A DNA stretch of 64,000 nt from Anaerohalosphaeraceae bacterium (GTDB taxonomy: Bacteria; Planctomycetota; Phycisphaerae; Sedimentisphaerales; Anaerohalosphaeraceae). Positions 28,394-38,995 of the stretch are shown piece after piece. The DNA is taken from contig CAXXSL010000005.1 in the NCBI GenBank assembly GCA_963675525.2, forward strand, positions 32,001-96,000, written 5' to 3'. How positions within the stretch are numbered: position 1 is the first letter of the stretch; every line of letters begins with the position of its first letter. The notes under the pieces were generated by a model. The model did not search any database and was not told the DNA's origin. It was given only the letters and a program-made list of their open reading frames with translations. A program made the translations under genes and the position numbers.

Positions 28394-31300
28394 ACGATAT
28401 GCTTCCGAAACCTGATGATTCCAAAGGGCTGATTGCGTGGATGACGCATAACCGGGTGACGCCCAACCTGATGATGCTCATTTTTCTGATTGGGGGTGTG
28501 ATTCTTGCGTTTACGATCAAAAAGGAAGTTTTTCCCGAATTTGACCTGGACATCGTAACGGTTCGTGTTCCGTATCCGGGTTCCAGTCCGGAAGAAGTGG
28601 AACAGGGCATTATTCTTGCCGTTGAAGAAGCGATTCGCGGGCTTGAAGGTGTTAAAGAAGTTACGGCAACAGCCTCGGAAGGGTCCGGGATGGTGACGGC
28701 CGAGTTGCTCGAAGGGGCCGATCAGCAGAAAGTCTATCAGGACATCAAACAGGAGATCGACCGGATTACAACTTTTCCGGAAGATGCCGAACAGCCGGAA
28801 GTCAGCCTGGCGGTTCGGCGCCGTGAGGTTTTGCAGATTGAACTGTATGGCGATGTGTCCGAATGGGTGCTGCGTGATTTGGCTGAACAGGTTCGAGACA
28901 GCCTGCTTCAGTATTCCGGTGTTACCCAGGTGGAACTGGATGGTGCCCGGGACTATGAAGTGCAGATATTGATCGATCAGGATACCTTGCGGGCGTATGG
29001 ATTAACACTTCAGACGGTTGCCGAGAAGATTCGAACAACGTCGGTTGAGATTCCGGGCGGGTATATTGAAACCGAAGGGGGTGATATCCTGCTGCGGGTC
29101 AAGGACCGCCGCGACTGGGCGAATGAATTCGCACAAATTCCGGTGATTACGTCGGTCGATGGTTCGGTTCTGTATCTGGAGGACATTGCCCAGGTCAAAG
29201 ACGATTTTGCCGATACGGACCGGGCGGCTTTTTTTAACGGTTTTCGGGCGATCGGCATCGAAGTGTTCCGCATTGGAGACCAGACGCCGACGGGTGTATC
29301 AGCGGCAGTTCGTGAGGCGATGCAGGAGATTGAAGCACAGTTGCCGCCGGGGGTTTATTGGACGGTTAACCGCGACAGTTCGGATATTTACCGCCAGCGG
29401 CTGACACTGCTGCTGAGAAATGCAGGTTATGGATTAGTCCTGGTGTTGGTGTTATTGGGATTATTTCTGGAGTTTAAGCTGGCGATGTGGGTGACGATGG
29501 GAATCCCCATCTCGTTTCTGGGCGCTTTTCTGTTTTTGCCGTCGCTGGATGTGACGATTAATATGATCTCCATGTTTGCGTTCATTATTGCATTGGGGAT
29601 TGTTGTGGATGATGCGATTGTGGTGGGCGAAAATGTGTATGATTATCGCAACCGCGGCATGGGATTTGTCGAAGCGGCGATCCTGGGCGCTCGGGATGTT
29701 TGCGTGCCTGTTACCTTCAGTATTATCACGAACATTATTGCTTTTTTGCCATTATGTTTCGTGCCGGGGTTTATCGGAAAGATATGGAAAGTCATTCCGA
29801 TGGTTGTCATCACGGTATTCACCATCTCCTGGGTGGAATCTCTCTTGATTCTTCCTTCGCACCTGGCTCATGCTCATCGTCGCAGCAAAAATCGGCTGGC
29901 CACCTATCTTCATGAGCGTCAGCAGGCGTTCAGCCGAAAATTTGAGCGGTTTATTGAATTTGTTTTTGCGCCCTTCCTGGACCGGTGCATTAAGTATCGG
30001 TTTCTTACGATTGCCGGGGGGGTCGCCATTTTTATTGTGGTTCTCAGTTATGTTGTCAGCGGACGGGTTGGCATGATTCTCATGCCGCGTGTGGAGTCCG
30101 ATTACACCATCGTTACGGCGATGCTTCCGTTTGGCAGTTCGATGCCGAAGGTTGAAAAGGTCAATAACTTTTTACTGGAAAAAGCCAATGAGGTGGTTGC
30201 GGAAAACGGCGGTGACCGGTTAAGCAAAGGGGTCTATACCCGCATCAACGAAAACGAGGCACAGGTTCGAATTTACCTGACCGATCCGGAAGTCCGCCCG
30301 ATCAGCACCACGGAATTAACAGCATTATGGCGAGAAAAAACGGGTCAAATTCCCGGCCTCGAATCACTTCGTTTTGAGTCGGACCGGGGCGGCCCCGGTT
30401 CCGGTGCGGCCTTAACCATTGAACTGAGCCATCGGGATATCGATGTATTGGATAAGGCCAGCGAAAAACTGGCGGAGCTGTTAAGTGATTTCCCCAACGT
30501 CAAGGATATCGACGACGGTTATACGCCGGGGAAGGAGCAATTGAATTTTAAAATCAAGCCGGAAGGGCAGAGTCTGGGATTGACCGGTCAGGCAATTGCC
30601 CGGCAAGTGCGAAACTCGTTTTATGGTGCCGAAGCGCTGCGGCAGCAGCGAGGACGCAGCGAAATCCGCGTTCGTGTCAAACTCCCCAAAGAACAACGAA
30701 ACAGTGAATATGACATTGAACAACTTTTGGTTCGTACGCCTTCCGGAAAAGATGTGCCGCTGATGCAGGTGGCAACGGTTGACCGCGGCCGGTCGTACAC
30801 CAGTATCGAGCGAAGAGACGGGCGGCGAACGGTTACAGTGACGGCCAATGTCGAGCCGATCGATGATACCAGTCAGGTCAAGACCACACTGGAAGAAGAT
30901 CTTCTGCCACAATTGATGAGAGATTATCCGGGACTGTCTTACGGATGGGAAGGCCGGCAGGCTGATTTCAGCGAAGGCATGCAGAGCTTGATGATTGGTT
31001 TCGTCTTTGCGCTGCTGGCGATTTATGCCATGCTGGCGATTCCTTTTAAAAGCTATTTCCAGCCGGTAATTGTGATGGTGGCAATTCCATTCGGCATTAT
31101 CGGTGCTGTTATCGGGCATATGCTGATGGGCTATTCGCTCAGCATGTTGAGCATGATGGGAATCATTGCATTGTCCGGCGTGGTTGTCAATGACTCACTG
31201 GTCCTGATCGATTATGCCAATCGAATCCGGAAAGAAAACAGCCTGTCCGCATTTGAAGCAATTCATCAGGCCGGAATTCGCCGATTCCGCCCGATTATGC

Positions 31301-31512
31301 TGACGACACTGACCACCTTCGGCGGCCTTGCTCCCATGATATTTGAGACATCCCGCCAGGCCCGGTTCATGATTCCCATGGCCATTTCTCTGGGCTACGG
31401 AATCTTATTCTCGACAGCCATTACGCTTATCATCGTGCCTTGTCTGTATATGACCTTGGAGGACGTCATAAAAAAATATCATAAGTGCTTCACTTTTTTA
31501 AATGGCGATTAA
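28390..31512 (+). CDS. RND efflux permease (AcrB/AcrD/AcrF family)
   Basis: 1040 aa; YPGSSPEEVE; LGIVVDDAIVVGE; GVVVNDSLVLID; RFRPIMLTTLTT. Confidence 0.95.
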   Translation: MNDMLPKPDDSKGLIAWMTHNRVTPNLMMLIFLIGGVILAFTIKKEVFPEFDLDIVTVRVPYPGSSPEEVEQGIILAVEEAIRGLEGVKEVTATASEGSGMVTAELLEGADQQKVYQDIKQEIDRITTFPEDAEQPEVSLAVRRREVLQIELYGDVSEWVLRDLAEQVRDSLLQYSGVTQVELDGARDYEVQILIDQDTLRAYGLTLQTVAEKIRTTSVEIPGGYIETEGGDILLRVKDRRDWANEFAQIPVITSVDGSVLYLEDIAQVKDDFADTDRAAFFNGFRAIGIEVFRIGDQTPTGVSAAVREAMQEIEAQLPPGVYWTVNRDSSDIYRQRLTLLLRNAGYGLVLVLVLLGLFLEFKLAMWVTMGIPISFLGAFLFLPSLDVTINMISMFAFIIALGIVVDDAIVVGENVYDYRNRGMGFVEAAILGARDVCVPVTFSIITNIIAFLPLCFVPGFIGKIWKVIPMVVITVFTISWVESLLILPSHLAHAHRRSKNRLATYLHERQQAFSRKFERFIEFVFAPFLDRCIKYRFLTIAGGVAIFIVVLSYVVSGRVGMILMPRVESDYTIVTAMLPFGSSMPKVEKVNNFLLEKANEVVAENGGDRLSKGVYTRINENEAQVRIYLTDPEVRPISTTELTALWREKTGQIPGLESLRFESDRGGPGSGAALTIELSHRDIDVLDKASEKLAELLSDFPNVKDIDDGYTPGKEQLNFKIKPEGQSLGLTGQAIARQVRNSFYGAEALRQQRGRSEIRVRVKLPKEQRNSEYDIEQLLVRTPSGKDVPLMQVATVDRGRSYTSIERRDGRRTVTVTANVEPIDDTSQVKTTLEEDLLPQLMRDYPGLSYGWEGRQADFSEGMQSLMIGFVFALLAIYAMLAIPFKSYFQPVIVMVAIPFGIIGAVIGHMLMGYSLSMLSMMGIIALSGVVVNDSLVLIDYANRIRKENSLSAFEAIHQAGIRRFRPIMLTTLTTFGGLAPMIFETSRQARFMIPMAISLGYGILFSTAITLIIVPCLYMTLEDVIKKYHKCFTFLNGD

Positions 31513-31677
31513 TTTGCGTGATCAGCAACTTGGGGCAGGGCTTTTCAGGGCCCTTTATGTCAAAAAAACAAGTTTTTTGATGATATTCCGAACTCCGTAA
31601 TTGTAAATTTCCCTTTTCCCGTTAATATAATCGAGACTTTTCAGTTAATTTAGAGAACATTTGAACCGGAGAGTGAA

Positions 31678-32652
31678 ATGGGTTTTCCAACAACACGGCA
31701 AAGAAGGTTGCGTGCAAACGCTGCGATGAGGCGACTGGTATGCCAAACGACACTTTCGGTAGACAATTTTGTGTACCCGCTTTTTACTTGTCCCGGCACA
31801 AATATTAAAGATCCGATTCCATCCATGGCGGACTGTTTTCACTTTTCGGTTGACAGGATTGCCGAAGAAGCGATAGAGGTTGCATCGCTGGGGATTCCTG
31901 CGATTTTACTGTTTGGGTTACCCGAACGTAAAGACGCATCGGGCTCAGAAGCCTATATTGACGAATCGACGGTTTGCCGGGCGATCTGTCAGATCAAAAA
32001 GGCCGTCCCCGATTTGTTAGTGATCACGGATGTCTGCCTGTGTGCCTATACGGACCACGGTCATTGTGGTCTTATTAAAAACGGCAAGGTCGATAACGAC
32101 CCGACGCTGGAATTGCTTGCCAAAATGGCTCTGGTCCATGCAAAAGCCGGCGCCGATATGGTGGCTCCGTCCGACATGATGGACGGCCGGGTTGGAAAGA
32201 TTCGCGAGACACTCGACGCTGCCGGTTTTTCAGACACACCGATCATGTCGTATGCGGCTAAATACGCTTCGGCTTATTATGGCCCATTCCGAGAAGCGGC
32301 TCATAGTACGCCCGACAAAGGGGATCGTAAAAGTTATCAGATGGATTCCGGCAACAGCGATGAGGCTATCCGTGAAATGAAACTGGATAGTGAGGAAGGC
32401 GCCGATATTCTTATGGTCAAGCCCGCATTGCCGTATCTGGATATTATCTGTCGCGCCCGCCGGACGTTTGAACTTCCGATCGCTGCCTATAATGTGTCGG
32501 GCGAGTACATGATGATTCAGTCTGCCGCCGAACAAGGACTGATTGATCGCGATGCGGTGATGATGGAAACGTTAACATCGATCAAACGGGCTGGCGCTGA
32601 TATCATAATAACTTATTTCGCCAAAGATGCTGCACGCATCCTGAAGACTTAG
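31678..32652 (+). CDS. hemB: Porphobilinogen synthase
   Basis: DVCLCAYTDHGHCG Zn motif; APSDMMDG; YGPFREA; MVKPA; YNVSGEY. Confidence 0.97.
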   Translation: MGFPTTRQRRLRANAAMRRLVCQTTLSVDNFVYPLFTCPGTNIKDPIPSMADCFHFSVDRIAEEAIEVASLGIPAILLFGLPERKDASGSEAYIDESTVCRAICQIKKAVPDLLVITDVCLCAYTDHGHCGLIKNGKVDNDPTLELLAKMALVHAKAGADMVAPSDMMDGRVGKIRETLDAAGFSDTPIMSYAAKYASAYYGPFREAAHSTPDKGDRKSYQMDSGNSDEAIREMKLDSEEGADILMVKPALPYLDIICRARRTFELPIAAYNVSGEYMMIQSAAEQGLIDRDAVMMETLTSIKRAGADIIITYFAKDAARILKT

Positions 32653-32773
32653 CCGATGGAAGTGGTTTTTTTATCTACGGCATTGCCTTTATTGCGTATG
32701 GTTTAATGGTGGGTCTGGTGCAAAGGATGCGGCGTTTTTTGTGAAATTCACTTACCGCTTGTCAAGTAATGGG

Positions 32774-33709
32774 TTAGTGTTCTTTTTCGCAGCGCAGTTC
32801 CTCTAAGATATCTCTGCCGCCCTCATCGAGAATTTCCTGAGTGAGCAACTCGGCCGTTTCCATTGCCTTGCTGACCGGACATGAGACGTACTTGTTGACC
32901 TGTTTCGTCACACTAAGATTACACAGGATCGCATGAATATGGATAGTATCATTTTCAATGCGAGAATACACTCCCAGTGGAATGCTGCATCCGCCATGCA
33001 AATCGGCAAGAATTTTCCGCTCAGTCTCTGCGGTGATCCTGGCATTTGAGTTATCAAGTTTTGCGACGAGTTCGCACAATTCGACGTTATCTTGTCGAGT
33101 CTGTATAGCTAACGCGCCCTGACCCGGAGCGGGAATAAATTCTTCAGGGGGCAAAACGAACGAGATATGATCGGACAGGTTCAACCGGTTCATACCTGCC
33201 TGAGCGATCACGATTGCATCGAACTGACCTTCCTGTACTTTTCTGATTCGTGTCTCGACGTTGCCGCGTAACGGCCGGCAATTCAGGTCGCCCCGGATGA
33301 GTTTCAACTGGGTGATCCGGCGGAGACTCGAAGTACCTACCGTCGCATTTTTAGGCAGGTCATGGACAGAAAAAATAGCCTGTCCGGCTACGATGACATC
33401 GTTGACCTGTTCCCGTTCAGGAATGGCCGAAACAACGAGTCCCTGGGTGATGGTAGTAGGCAGGTCTTTGAGACTGTGAACGGCAACATCTCCTTGGCCA
33501 TCCAGCAACGCTCGTTCAACTTCGGACGTAAAAAATCCAACCGAACTGGATTTATAAAGAAAATCAGATTTATCCTGATCCCCCTTTGTGGATATAACGA
33601 CCATTGAAACGGGTACACCAGGAGCCAGTAATGACAAGCGGCTTTTGGTCTGATTGGCTTGGGCTAGCGCCAATTTACTGCCTCTGGTGACGATTCGTAT
33701 CTCTTTCAC
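32774..33709 (-). CDS. hemC: Hydroxymethylbilane synthase
   Basis: TRGSKLALAQ; AVHSLKD; GTSSLRR; RGNVETR; PAPGQGAL; GGCSIP. Confidence 0.97.
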   Translation of the reverse strand: MKEIRIVTRGSKLALAQANQTKSRLSLLAPGVPVSMVVISTKGDQDKSDFLYKSSSVGFFTSEVERALLDGQGDVAVHSLKDLPTTITQGLVVSAIPEREQVNDVIVAGQAIFSVHDLPKNATVGTSSLRRITQLKLIRGDLNCRPLRGNVETRIRKVQEGQFDAIVIAQAGMNRLNLSDHISFVLPPEEFIPAPGQGALAIQTRQDNVELCELVAKLDNSNARITAETERKILADLHGGCSIPLGVYSRIENDTIHIHAILCNLSVTKQVNKYVSCPVSKAMETAELLTQEILDEGGRDILEELRCEKEH

Positions 33710-33909
33710 TATATAGTATCTTCCGAATAAGGACTGTTTCAGTCGTTATTATAATGGTTTTGGAATGTGATTTCAAGGAGGATTTAAGGCAAGATTTTTT
33801 GATATAATTAAGCTTTCCTTGTATTATAATTATTGTTTTTAGTATAATCCGTAGACATTCTTATTTTCTAAAATGTAACTGTAGATAGCAATGCACGGTA
33901 TTCTCGAAA

Positions 33910-34392
33910 ATGAAAAAAACATTAAACGATCTCGAACGGAAGATTTTAAGTGCTATTCAATATGGCATGCCAATATCTCGCTCGCCTTTTCAGGATTTAT
34001 CCGAGACATTGGGAATTTCGACGGATGACTTGCTTGAAATACTTCGGAAATGGAAAGCAGAGGGGAAGATTCGTCGCCTCGGTGCGATCGTTAACCATTT
34101 TCGAATGGGGCATGGGGTAGGAGCCATGGTTGTCTGGAATGTCCCACAAGACAGGATCGATCAGGCCGGAGAATTGTTTGCTTCCTGCCCGAAGGTTTCA
34201 CATGCCTATCTGAGACCTTCCAGTGAACAATGGCCTTATAATCTTTATACAATGGTCCACGCTTCAGGCGACAGCGAACTTGAGGCAACGATTGGGTCTA
34301 TGAGTTTCAGTAGCGGGATTATGGAATTTCGCCAGTTAAAAACCGTCCGGGAGCTTAAAAAAGTCCCGCCGACCTATATCATTGAACAATAA
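33910..34392 (+). CDS. ahbB: Siroheme decarboxylase beta subunit
   Basis: Lrp/AsnC-like; IRRLGA..H; AMVVW; VSHAYLR..WPYNLYTMVHA; ELKK. Confidence 0.88.
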   Translation: MKKTLNDLERKILSAIQYGMPISRSPFQDLSETLGISTDDLLEILRKWKAEGKIRRLGAIVNHFRMGHGVGAMVVWNVPQDRIDQAGELFASCPKVSHAYLRPSSEQWPYNLYTMVHASGDSELEATIGSMSFSSGIMEFRQLKTVRELKKVPPTYIIEQ

Positions 34393-34410
34393 TTATTGTC
34401 TGGGGTTATT

Positions 34411-35295
34411 ATGCTTGAACTACTGCCTTTGGAAAGGCACCTGTTTCTGGGGATACTGATATTATCTGTCATTTCTTCGGTTTTGGCTTATGTACAGATT
34501 GTCAGGGATGATGTCAAGTTCAGGCGACAGTTGGTGGCATTTGCGTCCGTGCAGATATCCCTTAGTGCGGTCTTGCTGATTCTCAGGGCCGTAACCATCA
34601 AGGCGTTTCCAATTACCGGGGTTTTCGAGTCCATGTTGATTCTGATGATCTTCATCGGGATCACATTTCTGTTTCTTTCCGCTTTTTTGCAGCAAGTGTG
34701 GTTTTTGTCGATCATGGCTTGGATGCTTTTGGGTATTACTTTATTGGGTGCGGTTGTTGCCAAGCCCGCCGCTGTTCTTCAAGATGCGGCCCGAACACCT
34801 TGGGTGATCGTTCATGCTTTATCGATGTCGCTGGCCGGGGCTATGATCGTTTTTGCTGCGGCGATGGGCGTGCTTTTTTTGTGGAGCCGAAAACGCCTGA
34901 AAAGTAAACGATTCTTAACCTTATTTGGTAAGATGCCAAGTATCGAAAAGTTGGAAAAGCTGAATCTATTGGGCCTTCGCCTGAGTTTTGCCGCGATGAC
35001 ATTTGGACTTGTCAGCGGCATTGGACTGATCGCGGTCAAATCCGCAGGACTTGGCATGACGATCGGAGACTGGCTGACGGATTCAAAGATCGTGATGGTT
35101 GCAGTGGCGTGGGTTATCTTGCTATGCACCCTGATATTACGACGTTTACTGGCGTTCAGCGGAAAAAGAATTGCTCAGGCAACGCTGATCGTTTGTTTTA
35201 TGATTTTGTTTGCATTTATCGGCAGCAAAATATTTTGTAAGTCAGGTCATGACTTTGAACGCGAACCGCAAACCCTAAGCGATCAGGTTGAATAG
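34411..35295 (+). CDS. CcsA/HemX-like membrane protein (cytochrome c assembly family) upstream of hemA
   Basis: About 8 TM segments; WVIVHA..; MPSIEKLEK; W.TDSK (degenerate DPK); lacks the full WxWD motif. Confidence 0.75.
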   Translation: MLELLPLERHLFLGILILSVISSVLAYVQIVRDDVKFRRQLVAFASVQISLSAVLLILRAVTIKAFPITGVFESMLILMIFIGITFLFLSAFLQQVWFLSIMAWMLLGITLLGAVVAKPAAVLQDAARTPWVIVHALSMSLAGAMIVFAAAMGVLFLWSRKRLKSKRFLTLFGKMPSIEKLEKLNLLGLRLSFAAMTFGLVSGIGLIAVKSAGLGMTIGDWLTDSKIVMVAVAWVILLCTLILRRLLAFSGKRIAQATLIVCFMILFAFIGSKIFCKSGHDFEREPQTLSDQVE

Positions 35296-35299
35296 TTTT

Positions 35300-36616
35300 A
35301 TGCAGATTTTACTGATTGGTATTAATCATAAGACGGCGCCTGTTGAGGTTCGTGAACGGCTTGCATTCGAATCAGAACTTGTTTGCGATGCGTTGGCCAG
35401 TCTCTGCGAGACATACCCCGGTTCCGAATTTACCTTGTTATCCACCTGTAACCGCGTTGAGTGCTATGCGGTTGTTGATAAGGTGTCCGGGCCGAAACCC
35501 TCGGAGTTGGCCAAATGGCTCACCGATTTCAGGTCGGTTGAGTTTGCGCCGGTTGAACAATATCTCTATATTAAAACGAATGAAGATGCGGTCACGCACC
35601 TGTTCACCGTGTCGGCCAGTCTGGACAGTATGGTGATTGGTGAAAACCAGATCACCGCTCAGGTTAAGGAGAGTTATAAGATCGCCTGCAAATGCCGGGC
35701 AGCAGGAAAAGTGTTGAATCGTCTTTTCCATGATGCCTTTCGAACGACCAAAGAGATTATTACAAAGACGTCCATTTCCAATCGCAGAGTTAGTGTGGCA
35801 GGGGTTGCCGTTGATCTGGCCAGGCAATTATTTTCCGATATCAAATCGGCTAAAGTGGTAATCGCCGGTGCCGGACAAATGGGAGAACTGCTGGTTGAGC
35901 ATTTTCGTCATGAGAAATGTCAGAACATTACAGTTGTCAATCGATCCTCGCAGCGAGGCTGTCAACTTGCTCAAAAACATGACGTTGACAATAAGCCCTG
36001 GGAACAGATCGATCAGGAGATCCTCGAGGCCAATATTGTCGTGGGTGCCGCCTCAGCGCCGGAAGGATATTTGTTCAGCAAGGACCGGATTAAATCGCTG
36101 GTGTCCCGGCGGCGAAATCAGATATTGCTGATCATTGATATTACAGTGCCGAGGAGTTTCGATCCGGCCGTCGGCAAGATCGAGGACGTTTACCTCTACA
36201 GCATCGATGATTTGGCACAGGTGGCTCAGGATAACATCAAGCTGCGTGAAGGTGACCTTGAGCAGGCGATTGAAATTATTTGTGAGTCGGTCTCGGCGTT
36301 CATGGATTGGTTTATGACGCGGGATGTCGGGCCCCTCATCGGACAGATCAGGGATGCGTTTGAACAAATTCGTGAAATTGAGATGGAAAAGTTTTTTGTT
36401 GGTCCGCGACAGCAAGCCTGCTGTAAAGAAATAATGGAAGCGTCGATGGGGCGGGTGGTTAACAAGCTCTGCCATTGTGTGATAAAAAATATTGACATTC
36501 TTTCTAAAGAGCATGGACCCGAAGAGGCCGAAAAGTTTGCTCATAATATTCTAGAAAACGCGAAACAAATTATTTCAGAAGACGAAAAAAAACTCAATAA
36601 TGAACCTAATATCTGA
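35300..36616 (+). CDS. hemA: Glutamyl-tRNA reductase
   Basis: GINHKTAPVEVRE; LSTCNRVE; SLDSMVIGENQI; GAGQMG; YLYSIDDL. Confidence 0.97.
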   Translation: MQILLIGINHKTAPVEVRERLAFESELVCDALASLCETYPGSEFTLLSTCNRVECYAVVDKVSGPKPSELAKWLTDFRSVEFAPVEQYLYIKTNEDAVTHLFTVSASLDSMVIGENQITAQVKESYKIACKCRAAGKVLNRLFHDAFRTTKEIITKTSISNRRVSVAGVAVDLARQLFSDIKSAKVVIAGAGQMGELLVEHFRHEKCQNITVVNRSSQRGCQLAQKHDVDNKPWEQIDQEILEANIVVGAASAPEGYLFSKDRIKSLVSRRRNQILLIIDITVPRSFDPAVGKIEDVYLYSIDDLAQVAQDNIKLREGDLEQAIEIICESVSAFMDWFMTRDVGPLIGQIRDAFEQIREIEMEKFFVGPRQQACCKEIMEASMGRVVNKLCHCVIKNIDILSKEHGPEEAEKFAHNILENAKQIISEDEKKLNNEPNI

Positions 36617-37715
36617 CCATAAACGTAAACTTCGCCTGTTGTTTTGGGAAAGTACCATCAAGTGCAATTTATCGTGTGCCCACTGCAGAAGGGTAGAGGA
36701 CGATGAAGCGGTTGTTTCTGATTTGACGACCGCTCAGGCGCAGAGCTTGATCGATCAACTCGCTCAGGTAGGACAGTCGCAGGATTTTATGCCGATCCTT
36801 GTGTTCAGCGGGGGCGAACCGCTTTGCCGAAACGACATTTTTGAATTGATCGATTACGCCGCAGCCAAAGGCATCAAGCCTGCATTGGCTACGAATGGCA
36901 CGCTCATTGACGAAGAAATTGCCGCTCGCATAAAAAGTGCCGGCGTCGAACGTGTTTCGATCAGTCTTGATGGGGCGACTGCTGAAATACACAATAAGCT
37001 TCGAAAGCTTGAAGGTTCATTTGAGGCGGCGGTCAATGGGATAAAGTGTCTCCGTCAGTGCGGCATTCCCTTTCAGATCAACATGACCATCACACGCTTT
37101 AACGCCCATCAATTGGACGATATCTTCGTATTAGCTGGACAGTTAGGGGCTGTTGCGGTTCACCTGTTCATGCTTGTTCCGGTCGGTTGCGGGGAAGAGT
37201 TTGCCGAAGAGGATATGCTTTCGGCTGACGAATACGAGCGGTTATTGGAGCGGGTCGCCAAAAAGGAACACACCGGTCGTCTCGAAGTGAAGGTGACCTG
37301 TGGTCCTCATTACGAACGGATCATTCGTGAGCAGAAACTCGGGCCTTTGCCGACAGGACACTCGCCTCAGGCCCAATGCCCCGGCGGACATCCCGGCCCC
37401 AAACACGGGCCGATGTCCAAAGGCTGTCTGGCCGGATCGGGCGTCCTGTTCGTTGGTCACAGCGGTGAAGTTTTCCCATGCGGATACCTTCCGATCCATT
37501 GCGGCAATATTCTCCAAACGCCGCTAATACAAATATGGCAGGATAGTGCCGACTTGGCGAAAATGCGGGACACAGAACAGCTTAAAGGAAAATGCGGACA
37601 TTGCGGCTATCGGGCCGTCTGCGGGGGCTGCCGTGCAAGGGCCTTTGCCGCCACCGGCGATTATATGCAGGCCGAACCGATGTGCAGATACATTCCGCCA
37701 AATCGAAAACAATAA
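36600..37715 (+). CDS. ahbD: Radical SAM/SPASM heme b synthase (Fe-coproporphyrin decarboxylase)
   Basis: LRLLFWE..CNLSCAHC; HLFMLVPVG; KVTCGPHY; SPASM cysteines GCLAG..PCGYL..KCGHC..CGGCRARA. Confidence 0.85.
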   Translation: MNLISDHKRKLRLLFWESTIKCNLSCAHCRRVEDDEAVVSDLTTAQAQSLIDQLAQVGQSQDFMPILVFSGGEPLCRNDIFELIDYAAAKGIKPALATNGTLIDEEIAARIKSAGVERVSISLDGATAEIHNKLRKLEGSFEAAVNGIKCLRQCGIPFQINMTITRFNAHQLDDIFVLAGQLGAVAVHLFMLVPVGCGEEFAEEDMLSADEYERLLERVAKKEHTGRLEVKVTCGPHYERIIREQKLGPLPTGHSPQAQCPGGHPGPKHGPMSKGCLAGSGVLFVGHSGEVFPCGYLPIHCGNILQTPLIQIWQDSADLAKMRDTEQLKGKCGHCGYRAVCGGCRARAFAATGDYMQAEPMCRYIPPNRKQ

Positions 37716-37740
37716 TTATGAAAACGATTAAAGGATAATT

Positions 37741-38988
37741 ATGATCAATGTTTCCAAGCTTTACTGCGACCAACTGACGCCGGGTGACTGGCTTCGTTAT
37801 GGGATTCAGGGCAGCCAGAGAGATGGTGAATGCGTCCCCAAAAAGGCATCCGAGCGCAGGCCGATCGTTGTCTGGAATATCACCAGTCATTGCAACCTGA
37901 AGTGTGTCCACTGTTACAACGACAGCGGAGCGAACGTCAAAAGCAACGAGGCTACGACCCCCGAGGCTAAAGCCGTGCTGGATAATTTGGCTGACTATGG
38001 CGTTCCATCCGTCCTGTTCAGCGGTGGAGAGCCGTTGACACGCAAGGATCTCTTCGAACTGATCAGCTATGCGGTCGACAAAGGTCTTCGCACCGTCATT
38101 TCCACCAACGGCACGTTGATCACCGCCGACAAAGCTCGGCAGATTAAGAAGATGGGCGTTTCGTATGTGGGCATCAGTCTTGACGGCATTGGCAAGGTCA
38201 ACGACCAGTTCCGCGGCGTCGAGGGTGCTTTTGACGATGCGGTCACCGGCATTCGAAACTGCATGGAGGCCGGCGTGCGGGTGGGCCTGCGGCTGACCCT
38301 GACCAAACGCAATGCTCAGGATATCGAGCGATTATTTGAGTTTTTTGAGAAAGAGGGCATCGAAAGAGCGTGCTTTTATCATCTGGTGCCCAGCGGCCGC
38401 GGCAAAGGAATGTTTGCCGATGCACTGACCCACGCCCAAAGCCGGAAGGCGATTGATACCATTCTTGCCAAAACAAAGGCGTTTAAAGAAGCCGGAAAAA
38501 ATACGGATATTCTCACGGTGGATAATCATGTGGACGGCGTGTATCTGTATCTCAAACTGCTTGCCGAAGACCCCGACAGGGCCGCCGATGTCTGGAAGCT
38601 GCTGACGTGGAACGGCGGGGGGCTGGCCAGCAGCGGCGTCGGGATCGGGTGCATCGATTTTAACGGTAAAGTCCACGCCGACCAGTTCTGGGGGCATGTT
38701 GACCTCGGCGATATCCACGAAAAACCGTTTAGCGAAATCTGGAGCGATGAAAACCAGCCTTTATTGAATGGTTTGCGAAACCGCAAGGCGATGATCAAAG
38801 GGCGATGTCGCCTGTGCAAATTCTTCGATGCCTGCGGCGGAAGCCTGCGTGTCCGTGCCGACCTGTATTACAACGACCCCTGGGCACCGGAACCGGCGTG
38901 CTATTTAACCGATGAAGAGATCGGTTTGGATGACTCAAAGAAGCAGGAGCTTGTCAGATCAGAAGCGGGTTTCAAACTGCCGGAATGA
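37741..38988 (+). CDS. ahbC: Radical SAM 12,18-didecarboxysiroheme deacetylase
   Basis: MINVSKLYC..LRYG..RPIVVWNIT..CNLKCVHCY; CFYHLV; ILTVDNHVDG; HADQFW; DPWAPEPACYL. Confidence 0.9.
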   Translation: MINVSKLYCDQLTPGDWLRYGIQGSQRDGECVPKKASERRPIVVWNITSHCNLKCVHCYNDSGANVKSNEATTPEAKAVLDNLADYGVPSVLFSGGEPLTRKDLFELISYAVDKGLRTVISTNGTLITADKARQIKKMGVSYVGISLDGIGKVNDQFRGVEGAFDDAVTGIRNCMEAGVRVGLRLTLTKRNAQDIERLFEFFEKEGIERACFYHLVPSGRGKGMFADALTHAQSRKAIDTILAKTKAFKEAGKNTDILTVDNHVDGVYLYLKLLAEDPDRAADVWKLLTWNGGGLASSGVGIGCIDFNGKVHADQFWGHVDLGDIHEKPFSEIWSDENQPLLNGLRNRKAMIKGRCRLCKFFDACGGSLRVRADLYYNDPWAPEPACYLTDEEIGLDDSKKQELVRSEAGFKLPE

Positions 38989-38995
38989 TTTTTTT

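Noticed and set aside
32738..32754. Possible Rex operator (TTGTGAAATTCAC)
   Set aside because: Spacing does not match TTGTGAA-N4-TTCACAA, and it lies between convergent gene ends.
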